A stretch of 64,000 nt of DNA from Eledone cirrhosa (taxonomy: Eukaryota): positions 279,992,001 to 280,056,000 of the forward strand of contig OZ024742.1 in the NCBI GenBank assembly GCA_964016885.1, read 5' to 3'. This document shows, piece after piece, positions 29,055 through 43,775 of the stretch. A program made the position numbers and the translations under genes. The notes under the pieces are model-generated. The model did no database searches. It was not told where the DNA came from and saw nothing but the letters and a program-made list of their open reading frames with translations. Within the stretch, counting starts at the first letter, position 1, and each line of letters starts with the position of its first letter.

Positions 29055-29614
29055 AGTTCTCTTTCGGCCTCCACCCGCTTTCATGTCGCCACAGTGTCGG
29101 CCGCATTCCACGCCATGCTGCCCTCAACGAGGTCATTAAGCATTGGTTGGACGCTGCAGGCTTCCCTTCCCAGCTCGAGCCGATGGGGCTGAATCGAAGG
29201 GACGGAAAAAGGCCAGATGGCATGACCATCTTCCCGTTCCGCGGTGGCAAACGCCTCGTCTTGGATGCCACTTGCACCGACATTCTCTGCAGTTGCAACC
29301 TGGTGCAGTCTGCGACTGACCCATGTTCTGCTGCACGTCGGGCTGAGAGGGCCAAACTCCTCAAATACCGGTCGCTCTCCGACAGGTTTGCGGTTGTACC
29401 CCTGGCAGTGAAGACTTCTGGTGTCCTCGGCCCAAGGTCTACCTCCTTACTCACCACCATAGGCACTGAGCTGGCCAGCCGCAGGTGTGAGCCCCGCGAG
29501 TTGGAGTGGCTTTTCCAGCGTGTCTCCCTTGCCGTCCCCCGGGGAAACGCCTTCTCCATGCTGTCTGCCGGGGCTGTGGGTGGGCCCCATCGTGTACCGT
29601 TGTGGTTGTTGTAG
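29055..29614 (+). mobile_element. CRE-like non-LTR retrotransposon 3' fragment (zinc knuckle remnant + restriction-like endonuclease)
   Basis: GC-rich island in AT-rich DNA. Open frame reads HPLSCRHSVGRIPRHAALNEVIKHWLDAAGFPSQLEPMGLNRRDGKRPDGMTIFPFRGGKRLVLDATCTD...RVSLAVPRGNA, with an RH..N and RPD..D signature. Confidence 0.8.
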
Positions 29615-31301
29615 AAGAAACAGGAAGACAACAACTGGAAAGTTTGATTTTCTACTTCATCATTTACTTCTGCATTAATTGATCCTCTACCGTTTCACTA
29701 ATGACGAGTTTTCCAATATAAATATACATATCAACACCCATCAATATACTCTACATCATGTATTCAGTACTTTCTTTATCTTTCATTTAGAAACTAAAAT
29801 GTGAATATAAAACTATATTATGCAGTTATACTTATTTTATTCAAGCAAGTCAAATGTTTTATGAGGGAGATATAGCTGTGAATTCCTAGCAGCCGAACGA
29901 CTTTTTGCAGACTTCGTTCGTTAGTTATTTATGTCGAGTTTTATTTATTATTGCATCGACTCTTTTTTTAGATGCATAACCGTTCACCAAAACATTGCTG
30001 CGCATGTTTATCCAATGTCGTAGTTAACGCCATGTTGGTTTCCACTTTTACGTCAAAATCCTACAAGTCTTCTGCTGAACTTTATTCAGTGAAATATGTC
30101 TGTTGTGTTTTCGTAGAAATATAATAAACCTTCATTCCGTGGACTCATGATAACAAGTGTTCAAGTTAACATCTTTATATTTCAGAAATACTATTTATCT
30201 AAGACACATTTATCCAATGCGACCTGCCTTTAGTTTTTAATCGGTAGTGTGTGATTTGATAGAGATTTAGCCGCTATTTCAAGCAGAACTTAGCACTATG
30301 CAGAAAAAGACCTGTTCAATGTTGTATCGATTTAATGTGTTTGTATATAGAGGCCTTCGATATAATAACATTTTATTCGTTTGTAGTCTTGTAATGTATT
30401 ACAAATGCACGTCTATGTTTAGAAGTGATACATATTCTGTTCAATTTTATGCATTTTATGATAACATATTAATCTATTCCATTGTCAGTGTGAACTATAT
30501 AATCCTTTAGTAAAGTTTATGCATGTTTGATTTCTTTTAAAGTGTCTTGTGTGTGTGTTGTTTATTTAGTATGTTAAGCATGTATGTGTGCATGTGGTCG
30601 TATAATTCTAGAGAATGAGAATTAAGCACAACATTGCTTCATACGATTGTCTAAAGAGTCATTAAAATTCACCTCTAAAACTATAATTTATTCCAGAAGA
30701 TGAGATTGCAAAGGTTTTAAATCGTTAAAGGATGTATTGAATCGATGGACACAAACAATACATCTACAATGAATAAGGAAATATTGAAAGTGTACGTAGA
30801 AAATAAATTAGACGTTGTATTAAATACTGTAATCATACCATATTTGGAGTAACAGGTGTCCAAAATAAAAGTTGATGCCTATATAATATATATATCATAT
30901 CATAGCGCTAGGACCAGCATAGCATGATATGCAAAAGAGGAGCATATGAAAGCGTATGTATATATAACTTCTAATACGAATGTTTTAATATGGGATCATA
31001 ACATTGCTATCACATTATCCGTGGGAGAATGCCAAACATTAGAGTTGTATGATTTTTATCCATCATCAGTGACATTTACACTAGCTTTACTAGGACAAAA
31101 ATAAGAGTATTTGCACATTAACTGATTGAACACTCGATACTTCAGTAAATTGTCACTTTTATTTTCTGCATAGCAATGTTCCGGTTTAGGCGCTACGCCT
31201 GAAATTCTGACATGTGTACGTAGATGTAAATGTATATGTAAATATGTATGTATATATGTATGTGTATAAACATACAAATATGTATTACACACACACAAAC
31301 G

Positions 31302-31357
31302 TATCTATATATATATATATATATGAATATATATATGTGTATATATATATATGTATA

Positions 31358-31444
<87 letters not shown>

Positions 31445-31462
31445 TCATATATATATATATTA

Positions 31463-31512
<50 letters not shown>

Positions 31513-31530
31513 TCATATATATATATATTA

Positions 31531-31601
<71 letters not shown>

Positions 31602-31602
31602 T
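31302..31602. repeat. (TA)n microsatellite
   Basis: Directly visible. Confidence 0.9.
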
Positions 31603-32019
31603 GCGTGTTTGTGTGTGTGCAAGAGCACCCCTACCTTAACACAGACATATTTACATATACTAGACGTTGAAATAGTACCATGCCTGGAGAAAAACCAAGA
31701 TGTGATTGATAAAATGGAATTTGTTGGGACAGCTTCTTCTAGCTCTTCCCGCTATCCCCCGCATCATCCTAACCTCTCTCAATCTATTTATCGATGTTTT
31801 AGCATTTTATTTGATATCATTTTTCCTCAGCCTCTCCGCCATTCCTTATTTCATATCTCTTCAACTATTATCCCAGTAGGTATAAATAGGAGCACACATA
31901 TTGTTCTTGTTTTTTTTTTGTTTTTTTTTTAGATTTAATTACGACAGCCATTTCAACTTTTCGAAAACGACATTGTTATCTCCTTCAGCGTTGTGTCCGT
32001 CTTCGATCTCGGATATTAC

Positions 32020-32074
<55 letters not shown>

Positions 32075-32370
32075 GTTATTATTATTATTATTATTATAAT
32101 TATTATTATCATTATTGTTGTTGTCGTTGTTATTGTTATTATTGCTGTCGTTGTTGTTGATGTTGTTATTATTGTTGTTGTTGTTATTATTATTATTATC
32201 ATTAATATCATTATTGTTATTATTGTTGTTGTTGTTGTTGTTGTTGTTGTTTTTGATGTTCTTGTTCTTATTGATTTTATTGCTTTTGTTGTTGTTGTAA
32301 GTGGTGGTGGTGGTAGAGTTGTTGTTGTTGTTGTTAGTGGTGTTGGTAGGGTTGTTGTTGTTGTTGTTAT
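32020..32370. repeat. (ATT)n/(GTT)n trinucleotide microsatellite
   Basis: Directly visible; explains the poly-I/V/N/L ORFs. Confidence 0.95.
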
Positions 32371-32907
32371 TTATCATTTCTATTTGCAATTCGCTTCTAC
32401 TTACCTGGGTTTAATATATATTTTCAAAATGGGAGAAAGAAATGATACATATAAAACACAAAAATACAAAATGAAACTCAAAAATACAAAATACATATAA
32501 TAAAACACAAAATTAAAACACAAAATAGAACACAAAAATACAAAATACATATAAAACTACAAAAATATAAATTATATATTAAAGAAAAAGAAACGTATAT
32601 ATAGAGAAATAAACCAGATAATATCAATATATTAAAATAAATACATAAAAAAATAGAATTTATAATAATGAAATATAAAACTATTTAAAACAAACGAACA
32701 AAAAGTGAAAAACATGAAAGGGAAAATATATTTTTAGTTTTACATTTTATCACGAATGTAGCTTTAACCTCGACAAAATAGATCACTCGCGAAGATATTA
32801 TTATTATATTTATTTTCATTTTATTTTGAGACAGCGATAGAGTGAGTAAGGGTAGAGAGACAGAAAGAGAAAGAGAGCTGTACACATATTTACAAACGCA
32901 CACATAC

Positions 32908-33537
<630 letters not shown>

Positions 33538-34099
33538 CGACAAACGCTAAATTAATGGTTTCAATCTCGATTGTCAAGGCAATTTTTTTGGTGTTGTATA
33601 TTTTCAGAAATTCACAATAAACACACACGTAGACACACGTGTGTTTGTGTATTCATCAGTGGATATATATGCGTGCTAGTATTTACAAAGTAAGACAACA
33701 CAGCAGATCATATGCAACATTCACGATACATATTGTATATACATACAAATATACATGCATACATACCTACATACATATATAAATATATATTTGTATTTGT
33801 GTGTGTGCATGTGTGTGATGGACTCTTACGTTATGTTCTTCGAATGAGAGTCCAATCATTTTAATTTCTTTTTACTCAACATGTTCGTTTTTGTGTCATC
33901 CGTGACACTGCATTGATTTTGAAAACCAGAATGAGAGTCCAATCATTTTAATTTCTTTTTACTCATGTTCGTTTTTGTGTCATCCGTGAGACTGCTTTGA
34001 TTTTGAAAACCAGAGTGCATCCTTCACATATAAATCGTTGAACAGAAATCCATTGTTTTCACCTTACGTTAGCTCACGTAGGCACTCAACCTGTGTGTG

Positions 34100-34700
34100 G
34101 ACATGGCACTTCATACCTTTTTGACAAATTTTCCTCCATCTGTTACGATTAGCAGCACATCCCTCAACTTTTGATGGTCATATTCCAATATGCTTGATGT
34201 TATTATTCAGCTTATCTAGAAGAGGTCTTCCTACATTGTGCACTCCCATAAGTGAGAATTTTCAGCAGACTTTCATCATTCCTCATAGCAACATGGCCCA
34301 TCTGAATTCAGACTATAGTAAGAAGGCCTCTATTCTTTGTTTATCATATTTCTGAAAAGACTGTGCACTAGAGACATTGTCCTTTCATGTGAAACCACAA
34401 TTAATTCTAGGACATCTCTTGTCATAAGTATCTAGCTGTGTATAATATATTCTATATGGTGCCGACGATTCAGACCCATACAGCAATGTTGAAACGACAA
34501 CTGCACAGTGAACTGAGATTTTGATTTTCAAACTCAATGCTCTATCATTCCATTCTCTTGCTCGTTGCATTCCAAATTCATCACTAACCTTGGCATCGTA
34601 TTTATTATTTTATCATCTAAAGATGCGCTAGAATTGATTTTTTTCCCCTTTGTATGGGAAGGCTTTCCCATACTTTATAGTCTTGTTGTTTACAATCATT
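34100..34700 (-). mobile_element. Degenerate RTE LINE, RT C-terminal part
   Basis: SLKIKISVHCAVVVSTLLYGSES...LDTYDKRCPRI matches the RTE/BovB-like 'TK..VY.AVV..TLLYG.E.W....L..F..RCLR.I' motif. Confidence 0.75.
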
Positions 34701-34859
34701 TGACTTGGTAATGCTCTTTATTTGGGCCTAGGAAGCGTTATCCCTCTTATTTGGATAAGTGTTGGTTTTGGTTGGTGCATGTCTTAGGTGTTGGTTTTGC
34801 TATTAGACAAAAGATAAGTAAATACTTTGACTTCTTTAGCAGAGGAGTGGAATGGTATT

Positions 34860-36600
34860 TTGATAACATTGAAACTTAAACTTGCTGATGATATTATCCT
34901 GACCTTAATCAGATGCTTTGCTCTAATCATGAAATCTTAAAAATCAGAAATTTCCAGCTTTTATGAGAAATTATCCTTTATTATCAGGACTATAGGTTAT
35001 CATGATAGGCCTCTGATACTAAGGGACTTCAATGCCAGAATTGGGTCACATCATGAGTCCTAGGGAAATATTCTTGGCGTAGCAATGGAAAATGCCTTCT
35101 CTCTATTTGCAATTAACATTGGCTCCTTATACTATGTTTCAAAAACGTATCAATTTCAAAACCACTTTGGTGCATCAAAGATCAAAAGAATGGTATTTGA
35201 TTGACTACAATTTAATAAAAATGCATCATCAATGTGATACTTTATTTACTCCTTCCATAGGACAAGGTGGTTATCTATATTACGTTATAAAGTATAATGC
35301 AAAATTTATTGGTGCTGAATGAAAAGTTAGGTTGTCTCAGTTGCTGGCCATAAGCCTGGACGAGATGAAATTTCGGAACATATTGAAAAATCGTGAAAAA
35401 AACCTCAAGGAAGCGACATATTCTGCTTTACTTGAAGTGCATGGGCCGCCAAAGCGTATGCATCAAGATTAGGTCAATGAAAATAATACAGAAATAGAGT
35501 CAGTAACTGAGAAAATGCATTCCACTCATGTAATATGGATAGCCAACAAAAATTCTTCAGCTAAAATAAATACTTGGATTGAAAACAAACTGTTCAACAG
35601 ACATTGAGGAAAAGGAATGGCTAGTAGGTGTTATCAAAAGCAGCCTATCTCTCAAATGGCTTCTGATGGAAAGGATATAAAAGCCTTCCATTAAGGCATA
35701 TGAGAGATTTATGGACATGGAACTCAACAACACGAGTCCTCATTGGTATTAAATTCGGACGTATCTACTTTGAAACAGTTTTAAATTCCTCAATGGTTGT
35801 GGATCGTGATGTCAGGGACGCAATTAATTTAAGGCAGGAATTCTTTGAATTGGACATATACCGAAGTCTGAAGAGCTGTTGAAACAAATGGTATCAGTTA
35901 AATCGTATGCTGATGATGTAATACCACATGAGGTGTAAAGATATGGAGGTAATGTACTGGTTCATAATCTTTTAGGTTTGTTCATTTTGTTTGGAAGAAT
36001 GGTTAATATCCTCAGAAGTTTAAAGTCTCATTTATAGCCCACCTTTTTAAATGAAAAGGTAAAAATAATTGTATGAACACCATCGGTGAATATCATTGCA
36101 TTTTATAGCGGTCAACATAATAACTCACCTTGTAGATCATGTTTATGGAGAATTCCAGTGTACTTCAAGGCTGGGAGAGGAACCATAGATATGATATATT
36201 GCTTGCGGCATGTTACAGAGTAAGTGCGAGAGAAGAACAGCCACTAAGGTTGTTGACCCCGGAATCGTGAGCGAAGTTTGTGGTCATTGCTGAAGACGAT
36301 TGGGGTTCCTTATAACATTCTTAGTGTTATAACCACTTTACATAAAACATATTCAAGCTTCTGTTAAGTCAGATAAAGCAACATCATATATATAACATTC
36401 TTAGTGTTATAACCACTTTACATAAAACATATTCTAGCTTCTGTTAAGTCAGATAAGCAACATCTTCTAAAACATGGGACAAAGAAGGATGCGTAATGGC
36501 TGCTCTTATGTTAGAGTACAATTTCAAAGACAATAGTAATGGAGTTTTATTTGAATTTGGAACGAAAGTTAGGTTGTGCAGTCATCAGGTCGAAGACACT
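34860..36600 (+). mobile_element. Highly degenerate RTE LINE (APE endonuclease to RT N-terminal part)
   Basis: LILRDFNARIG (GDFNA motif), HQRSKEWYLIDY and FKAGRGTIDMIYCLRHV.E..REKN; many stops and frameshifts. Confidence 0.75.
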
Positions 36601-36729
36601 TACTAGATCGAAAATGCTTTCAGACTGTGCGGCTCTCGTAGCTAATTTTTTGACGCAAGAGTTTTTTCCTTTCTATTGGGTATCGGCATTCCAAGAACCA
36701 GTAGTATCCTTTACCTGTCGACGGTATAA

Positions 36730-36760
<31 letters not shown>

Positions 36761-36774
36761 ATATAATATAAGTA

Positions 36775-36910
36775 TATTACTGGTACTTTATTTTATCGAC
36801 CCCGTACGGATGAAAGGCAAAGTTAATCTCGGCGCGATTGGAACTCAGAATGGCAAGGGCCGTAACTCTATGCGTTAAAGCATGGCGTCCGACCCTCTAC
36901 CGATGCTGCC
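36775..36910 (-). mobile_element. SINE copy
   Basis: tactggtactttattttatcgaccccgtacggatgaaaggcaaagttaatctcggc, the reverse complement of the motif at 5890-5965. Confidence 0.75.
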
Positions 36911-36969
36911 AATATATATATATTATACATACATATATATATGTATCTATAATATATATATATATATAT

Positions 36970-37059
<90 letters not shown>

Positions 37060-37782
37060 TGGTTAGAGTGGACTATTCCAATATTATCTTTGGTAAGGTG
37101 AAAGAAATTCTGTGTGCACTAAAAACCTCAGATGATCAGGAGTTTAAAGCAGACGAATAATTCGGCGAAAGTTAAAGTTCTTGTTTCTGAGGACAGGTCA
37201 TGTAGCAGAGCATTAATATTCAATATGCCAAAAAATCTAGGTTGACAAATTAAATTTATTTCTAAGTCCGTTTTAATACGTTTAAAACCGTACATGCATA
37301 TGTAAACAATTAGAAATGATTAATCATAAATTATTAACACCATATATAATACCTATACCAGCAATTCATCAGGGATATATGAGAAGGAACCAACTTTTCA
37401 AGTTCAAATAGTAGTAAGAGTAGACTACATACCAATCATTGAGTGTAATGTAAGCAATTAAATATGTATAACAAATACATAATTAGTACATGGAGTGTGC
37501 AAAATTATAAGTTGTGGTACAAATCATTATACTTTTACTGTTTGCAATAATATTAATTATGTTTCCTTATAGAGTTAGAACAATATTTGTTGTTAGACAT
37601 GTAGGAGTGTAAATTATCTAAGAGGCAACTGCAAGTAGTTTTAGGTAAAAAACATTAATTATCTAATATTTACAATGTTATTAATTTTCCGTATAGAGTC
37701 AGAATAATATATATTGTTAGATTGACAGGAGTGGAAATTATTTAAGAAGCAATAGCAAGCATATCGAATTTTACACAAAGAA

Positions 37783-37892
<110 letters not shown>

Positions 37893-38584
37893 TACGAAGA
37901 ATAGGTAAATTACCATTAATATTTATAGGGACATCCAATCAAACAGTCCGTTGTTGAAAATAAACCAAATTCTAGATTTTGCATGATGAACATTTCCTAT
38001 AGATCCTCATTTGCATATAGCAAATAGTAAAAAATTTGCTGAAAATGCTTATTTACATAATCGTGCAAACTTGACTGGATGTAATTAATTGGCGGAAGTA
38101 TTTAGAAACCATTAAGCACAATAGAGGTGTATATGAAAATATATAATATATATATTTATATGAAATAAACATATATCAGAACCTCGTTTCCAAAGAAAAA
38201 AAAAATCCTCATGAAAAATTTGTCGTTGATGAGACATTAACGTATCCTAAGACACTGTTATCTGTGCATTCTTGACTGCTAAAGGGATATCTGCGATAAG
38301 TTCAAGAAGAGAAGGTGGGGAAAATAATATTTTTACAACCGAGAAAAACTATTTTTCTTTGATAGCGAATCCCTCATATGCTTAATGTATATAGATATAT
38401 ATGATAGTATATGTTTTCATATACAACCCTAATATAAATATATATATATAAATCTTTACTGTCATTCCTGATGAAGGGCAAATACTCGATATGTTGACTG
38501 TTACTCTTCCTCCAAGTGTGAAACTAATAGTCTTTATGGTATTGCTTCTTCTTGTTTGTTCGTTTGTTATATATATATATATAT

Positions 38585-38680
<96 letters not shown>

Positions 38681-38905
38681 AGATGTGTGTGTGTGTGTAT
38701 AAAAAGACGGTCTGGTCAAACCTATATATGAGGTCTGATAGTATACAGTTATATAACTGGTATAGATCAGACAATATGTCAATAACATCGACCCTCCGAA
38801 ACGATCTTAAAACAATGATATGAATAGGTGAACTAACTTGACTTTGTTGTTTTTATTCTCATTGTTAATTTAATACTTTATATATATATATATATATATA
38901 TATAC

Positions 38906-38996
<91 letters not shown>

Positions 38997-39895
38997 GATA
39001 GGGAGCGGGATAAAAAGGCAGATTGATAGATAGATACCACATAATATGTTTATATTTTGTGTGAGCATATAGAAATATATGCAAGTATATGCGTGTTCCA
39101 ACTACATGTAAGAGTGTTTGTATTTATTATGTGACAGCTGGAATATCATAAATGTGATTCAGATGGAAATTTGCTTGAGTGACCTCTTGTGGAGAGGAGA
39201 AAAGCATTGGAGTGATCATCAAATGTATATATATATATATATATATTATTAACGTATCTGTCGATGTAGTTATCACCTTTGCTCGGTCATCTGATCAGAG
39301 TTGTGATGTTGTTCAGTTAGTCTTTCCTCTACGTTTCACAGAAGCTGATCAGAGCATACATATATTCATATTGAAGATTTCTCTCTTTGATTCTCGCTCT
39401 GTCTCTCACTCTCTCTCTCTATTTCTATCTCCCTCTCTCTGTCTCACTGTTTCTACCTCCTCTCTCTCTATCTACGCGAACACTCACACACACATATATA
39501 TATATATGTGTGTGTATGTGTCTGTGTCTACGTATTTTTAATGTCTATAATATATTACTATCACCTATAGAACCAAATGGAAAAGACTACAAACATAATC
39601 ATCCATAACTCCATTAGCAACATTATATATAACAACTAAACTGCATAAAGTACATTACCTGCAAACGATCTACCAACCAACAGGCCAGCCAGACAACTAA
39701 CAAGCCAGCTCACAAACCTAACAACAATTACACCAGACCACCAACAATGCAATCAGCCAATACAAGCCAACAAGTGACAATAAAACCATTACCTGATATT
39801 TAAGGATTGATATTAACATATAATGTATTCGTCACAGCTTAACATAGAACCTCAAATTGTCACCTTAGCACTTGACATTCACACTATCTATATCA

Positions 39896-39957
<62 letters not shown>

Positions 39958-40009
39958 TCTCTCTCTCTCTCTCTTTCCCTTCTCTCTTTCTATCTATCTA
40001 TCTATCTAC

Positions 40010-40052
<43 letters not shown>

Positions 40053-40094
40053 ACATACACACACTCGCTCTCTCTCTCACACATTCGCTCTCTG

Positions 40095-40129
<35 letters not shown>

Positions 40130-40521
40130 TTCTCACTGCTGCTACTATATATGCACCCACAAACACACATACAGTTTGCCTGAAGAAACTCAAAGCAACA
40201 TCGAAACACGTGAAAATCTTTCAGCAGACGGAACACAGTGGTGAAATCTTGTTGCTACCGATGTTAAGGTATTTGGAAAGGTGGTTGGATGACTTTGCGG
40301 AAGTGAAGTAAGCAGCTCTTACTTGTGAAGGATACGGGCATATGTATGACAAAGAGAAGGCTATGAAGGCAGGACTATGAAGCTACTACCCTGAATATCG
40401 AGTACTCTGATGTATTATGGTCCACCTGGTATCTTACCACACCTTTGTTATATATATATATATATATATGAAGAAATTACAGCACAAAGCCTTGTTACTA
40501 TCATGCTTAGGAGGAAGTGGG

Positions 40522-40602
<81 letters not shown>

Positions 40603-41383
40603 TATGACCCCGACGGCAGAGCTCAAGCCGTTTCGACGGCTATTTCTGGACTAAATTAGAATTTTTAGCCTGGTGGATAAATAGCCGAACTTGTTAAGGG
40701 GGTACTTCCTTATATGGGAGGATTGTAGTTGTCAAGAGGATTGGTTAAAATTTGTTGTAAACAAATAAGTCTATCATGGCATTTGGTGGGAGGTAGGGAT
40801 AGCTGAACTTGCCTGTAGAACAATACGGGAGTGAGTGGAGCGGTCAAGCGTTGAATGTGATATGTATACAGCAGATTCTAAGGATAGTGTATGAAGTGGA
40901 GGAGGGAGGTTATAGAATAGGTAAATCGAATGAGAGTAGGAGACAATAAAATATACTAGAAAAAAATATATATATATAAAATTAGATAGTGAGAAACGAA
41001 TAAAAAAATAAATCACGATGCTATCTTACAATTACAGGTTAATAAGTTGAGAATAGAAAAAACTTGTAGAAATTACAAACTGATACAAAATTAAAGGGGT
41101 TTAACACATCTGCTATACGTAGTTAGTAAAACGTATTCGGCCAATTCTATGTTAAAATTACAGGGGTGGGGGAACTGATGCTACAAGACCCGATGGGCTG
41201 CATCGGGGTAGGCGAAAGGGGAAAAGCAGACGAGGAAGAAAATAGGGGGTGGAAGGAAGTGATATGATGAGACAGGGGGAATAAGAAGACAAAGAGGAAA
41301 AGAAAAGAGTTACATCTACCTATGTAAGCTGTGGATTCCCCTAACTTATTCGGCAAGCGGGATGGGGGGATATCAGCCCTTGT

Positions 41384-43490
41384 CTACCCACCCGGGTCGT
41401 TATAGGGTTTGAGGGCGATGAATGTCGTACGCAATCTGTGTTTGCATGTGGTTACCAGTTCGTCTTTTTTGTTTAGGAGTTGGTCTTTCGAAAACAGCAT
41501 TTGTAATGTTTCCACCGAGTTACACTGACAGCGTCCTCCAGTGTAAGAGTTAGCTCTGGACAGTAAGCTCCAAGTGAGATTGTAGGTTATATTATTATCT
41601 TGGAGGTCCCAGATGTGGCCCGAAAGTGTAGTGGCATGTCGCCGGACCGGCTTTCGGAAAGTATGTCGGTGTTGGTAGAGCCAGGTCTTGAAGTCACACG
41701 CGGTTAATCCTATATAAGCTTTGTTGGAGGTGTCTGTCATCACGTTGCATTGGTAGGGCATGTTACGTTCTCGGCATTTGTTGTTGAGGGGGCACAGAGA
41801 TCTATCAGGGCAGTTACACCTTCTGGTCGGCTCTCAACTGATGTCTAGGTTGATTTTTTTTTGTTTGAGGAGACGATGTTTTGTGCGAAGTTGGTTGTAG
41901 TGCTGTAGTTTGATGGTGTTTTTGTTGATTATGTTGTGGTAGCGGTGTTGTAGTGGGAAGTGTTTTTCCAGGAGTCTAAAGAAGATTTATCGATAGGTGT
42001 TGCCACCTCGGCATTGTGGGGAGGATTGAACCACGTCACGTTGCGTGAGCGGCGGTGTCGCCTGCTGGTTCCGCTAAGGGAAGCTGGATAAAAGGATATT
42101 TCCTCCCGGAAGCCACTCCGCTTGAGGGCCTGGTTGTAATGTGGCGCGTGTTCGTCGAATATCTGTTCATTAGCGGACAAACGAGATATGCGGAGGTAGA
42201 TATTTTTAACCAGGTTATTGTTGATGCTTCTAGGATGGTTAGAGCGGCGTTGGATGTAGTGCAGGTTATCGTTTGGTTTCCTGTATGGGTGGTACAGATC
42301 ATTTTCGAGGTTACGGGTAACTTACAGGAAATTGACTCGGGTTAGGGACGTTTGTATGGTGATTTTAAATCCCCAGTCCCGGAAGAAGTTGATTAGTTGT
42401 TTACGGACCAAGTCTGTACTACTGGGGTTGTACCCTTTGATGGTGAGGGGCCCATCATCCCTGTACAATCCACCGCGGAATGCAGGAAACATTTCGCTGA
42501 GTTTAAATAGTAGGAATAATCCTATAAGATCTGTGACCTCGGCCGAATCCGTCGCGCCTATACTGACGTCGAAGGGAGAGTCGGGAGCTTTCTTTATCCA
42601 CTTGGAGTTGTCGAAAAGTAGGACTGTCTTCGTGGCGTGGAGAATGATATTTCTTTCCTGGGTGTGAGTGTTTCAGCAAAGTCCAAGGCAGCCGTAAGGA
42701 GCGGTAAGGTAATATATGCATAGTAACTCTATCTCAAACTGGATGAATTTTGTGTCTCGTTCGTCCTCCATATTCCTGAACCATGAGATTACTTCCTGGG
42801 TGCTGACTCATAGGCTAAGTCTCACGTTTTGCTTAACTTTTGGTATAACTCGGTCTAGGATCTTTTTACTGATTCTCCCTATGTCCGACTTCGTTGGGTT
42901 TATAAGCCTAATGGATGGTCTGCGGTCGAAGTCGGATTTGTGGTCCTTCAGTGTGAAGTAGGGAGTCCATGGGTCAAGGTGTCCAGTGCGGTCGGCGCTC
43001 CCGCTGCTGGAGTTAATTTGTTGTTCATCTCGATTTATGTCCTCGATAATTGAATGGTTAGCCTTTTTATAGGTGGAGTTTAGGCTCCTTCTGATCAGTG
43101 TGTGGTATCTGTCAGGGTTGACGAAATAGAGGTTTCCAGCTTTGCCGAGTGCACCATGATGTCGTTGTTGTTTTCATACTCTGTTATTTTGCTACGGAGT
43201 TGTTGTAGGAATCTGTTGTGTCTGGGTTTGAATTTAATGATCCTGACCAGGTGGAAAAGGTCGTTCTCGAAGGGTGAGAGCATATGGTTCGGAGGGGGAG
43301 ATATGTAGGTATTGAATCTCTCCTTGGTGTCGAAGTCCTGATTGTCGCGGTATCTATCGTAGAAAGAAGTTCTCCATCTTAGTCTTTTCGCAAAAAGGTT
43401 GATTGTTTTGCGTGAGCAGCCGAAGGTAAAGTTTTCTCGGTGGAACTGGGATATCCATGGTGGAGAAATAGATGTTTTTTTTTCGCATCG
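41384..43490 (-). pseudogene. PLE-2 RT + GIY-YIG ORF (multiple frameshifts)
   Basis: N-terminal STMDIPVPP..KRLRWR and LSPFENDLFHLVRIIKF; RT QFEIESYY, GATDSAE, LYRDDG, WFNPP; linker CNCPDRSLCPLNNKC; AYIGLTACDFKT. Confidence 0.93.
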
Positions 43491-43676
43491 TGCGGGTGAA
43501 GAAACTTGAGCTGGGTGGAAAAGATGGGATATGGCGTGGTAGAGTCGGAAAGTGCTCTACTAGAGAGATAGGAGATAAATAACAAAGGAATTGTGGTAAG
43601 GAACCAGATGGACCGTAATGGACGCACTAGAGTACTCAATACGTAGGGTAGTAGAGTGGGAAATAGTAAAAAATAT

Positions 43677-43775
43677 GACCCCGACGGCAGAGCTCAAGCC
43701 GTTTCGACGGCTATTTCTGGACTAAATTAGAATTTTTAGCCTGGTGAATAAATAGCCGAACTCTTCAAGGGGGTA
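43677..43775 (-). ncRNA. Hammerhead-like motif in PLE-2 pLTR (other copies 40606-40705 minus, 45219-45315 plus)
   Basis: cccc-TTGAAGA-gttcggctattt...aaatagccgtc-GAAA-cggcttgagctctgccg-TC-gggg; U3-G8 wobble core. The other copies read TTAACAA and TTGACAT. Confidence 0.65.

Noticed and set aside
33842-34013. Two-copy ~87-bp tandem duplication (also ~62-bp duplication at 36311-36465)
   Set aside because: Simple local slippage duplications with no ribozyme core or coding signal.
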